Origin: Acidimicrobiales bacterium
GTDB taxonomy: Bacteria > Actinomycetota > Acidimicrobiia > Acidimicrobiales > Palsa-688
DNA length: 64,000 bases
Reading direction: 5' to 3'
Assembly: GCA_049966695.1 (NCBI GenBank)
Contig: JBMFUG010000001.1
Location: 23,184 to 87,183 of the forward strand
This document shows positions 62,768-64,000 of the stretch, piece by piece. Every line of letters begins with the position of its first letter. Position 1 is the stretch's first letter. Below the pieces are notes generated by a model, which made no database searches, was not told the DNA's origin, and saw only the letters and a list, made by a program, of their open reading frames with translations. Position numbers and translations under genes: made by a program.

Positions 62768-64000
62768 CTACGGCATTAGCGCTTCCAACAAGGCGCCGGG
62801 CCGGCTGGCAACAGTTTCGGCCGGGAAAACCGCCACATTGCCAGCTACGGTGACGATTTCTTCCAAAAAGGCCTCGTGGCCGCCAAAGGACGGGTCTTCT
62901 ACCGTGCCCTCTACGAAAACGACGGCGAAGCGCGCGCGGCGGCCGTCAGCTTTGCGCCGCAGGACCCGGCCCATCCGCTGGACCATCTGCCGGCGTGTGC
63001 GGCTGGCCCCCACGATCACGGCTAAGTCGGCAGCAGGGACGTCGATGCCCTCGTCGAGCACGCGCGGCGCTGCCAGTACGTCCAATTGCCCTGCGGCAAA
63101 CCGGCGCAAGACCTCCACCCGGTCCCGGCCTGCCATATGCGAGTGCACCGCCGCTGCACGCAAGCCACAACCCGCGAGGGCACGGCGCGCTCGCTCAGCA
63201 ACTGCAATGCTCTGGGTGAACACGATCGCCCGGTCGGCCGCGCTGAAGGCAGGTACGAGAAGGCTGACAATGCCGTCTTTGGCCGTCGTCTCCGCTAGCA
63301 ACCTGCGCCTTTTACGCATCGCCCGGACATAAGCCCGCGCCACTGCGCTCCCGGGGCTGTCACTGTCAGCCAACATGGCTACGGCTCTCATGAAAGCCTC
63401 GAAGGGCTGAGCCGGGATCCCATGGTCGCCGACCAGGCGCCCGAACAAGGCCTTCATCTCGTCGCTCAGGTCCTCGTAAAGCATTTGCTCGTCGGGGGCA
63501 AACCGCACGCCCACCAGGGCCACATCGAAGCTGGCAACGATCGCGTCGGCAACAGCACGGGCGTAACCGAGCCGGAAACAAGTACCGCCGAAGTACGGGT
63601 CAAGCCAGGCCAGGTTGCCGTCGTCATCTCGAGCGTACGTAGCGCTCAACCCGAGACGGCGAGAAAAGCGTGGGTCGAGCGCTAGGCGGTTGGCTGCGCT
63701 GCCGTAGCGGTGGCACTCGTCGGCAATCAGCAAGCCGCCCCGGCGCACCGGCCGGAGGTCCTTTGCCCGAGCGCTGTTGACAACCGCCACCAAGACGTCG
63801 TGCGTCGACAACGAGTTGCTTGCCCCGGCGCCCATGCGGCCCGCTCGCCCGAGGACGGACATGCGTGCCTCGAGCTGTGCGGCCCACTGGTGCTGGAGCT
63901 CGACGGTCGGGACCAGCACGACGACTTGGCCTCGTCGGTCGAGCTCGTCGAGGGCCGCCGCAATACCCACCATGGTCTTGCCCGTCCCCGTCACCGCTTC
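62768..64000 (-). CDS. Superfamily-2 DEAD/DEAH-type helicase (XPB / type III restriction Res-like), 5' end outside the window
   Basis: Motif I TGTGKT, motif II LLIADECHRYGS, motif VI-like GASRTRRQMVQRMGRVLR. The reading frame stays open to 64000. Confidence 0.75.
   Translation of the reverse strand, partial: EAVTGTGKTMVGIAAALDELDRRGQVVVLVPTVELQHQWAAQLEARMSVLGRAGRMGAGASNSLSTHDVLVAVVNSARAKDLRPVRRGGLLIADECHRYGSAANRLALDPRFSRRLGLSATYARDDDGNLAWLDPYFGGTCFRLGYARAVADAIVASFDVALVGVRFAPDEQMLYEDLSDEMKALFGRLVGDHGIPAQPFEAFMRAVAMLADSDSPGSAVARAYVRAMRKRRRLLAETTAKDGIVSLLVPAFSAADRAIVFTQSIAVAERARRALAGCGLRAAAVHSHMAGRDRVEVLRRFAAGQLDVLAAPRVLDEGIDVPAADLAVIVGASRTRRQMVQRMGRVLRRKADGRRARFAVVFVEGTVEDPSFGGHEAFLEEIVTVAGNVAVFPAETVASRPGALLEALMP

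Overview
High-GC, Gram-positive or actinobacterium-like chromosomal segment with no rRNA, tRNA or CRISPR seen. (1) 0.1-10.6 kb holds envelope and housekeeping genes: GtrA, a GT2 glycosyltransferase, an epimerase, a ROK kinase, an ABC exporter, pncB and murT/gatD. (2) 10.8-17.6 kb holds a conjugative T4SS-like operon (small membrane protein, polytopic membrane protein, membrane partner, VirB4-like ATPase) divergent from a MobF/TrwC relaxase. No integrase, coupling protein or att site is visible. (3) 19.5-62.5 kb holds a nearly complete Firmicute/spirochaete-style flagellar regulon. It contains a sigma70-family gene, csrA-fliW-flgL-flgK-flgN, an atypical LuxR-type regulator divergent from fliA/whiG, and two giant multidomain glycosyltransferases upstream of fliC. 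These are followed by fliD-fliS and the long flgB...flhA-flhF operon with flbD, motAB and fliL. (4) The right edge holds a partial SF2 helicase. The main observation is a motif, CTCA-N2-N14-GCCGAT, present seven times and always pointing into a flagellar gene. It looks like the FliA/WhiG promoter of this organism. It precedes early as well as late genes, and in four cases its -10 box lies only 5-8 nt from a start codon, which implies leaderless mRNAs. Secondary observations are: small upstream ORFs abutting the flgB, fliD and flgK starts; CsrA-type GGA sites in the fliC leader; an FlhF-like protein without a P-loop; FliM/FliN without the CheY-docking peptide; a repeat-expanded FliK; a CwlT-like hydrolase inside the flagellar operon; and no recognisable FlgM. 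All calls come from reading the sequence and ORF track by eye. No database search was run.
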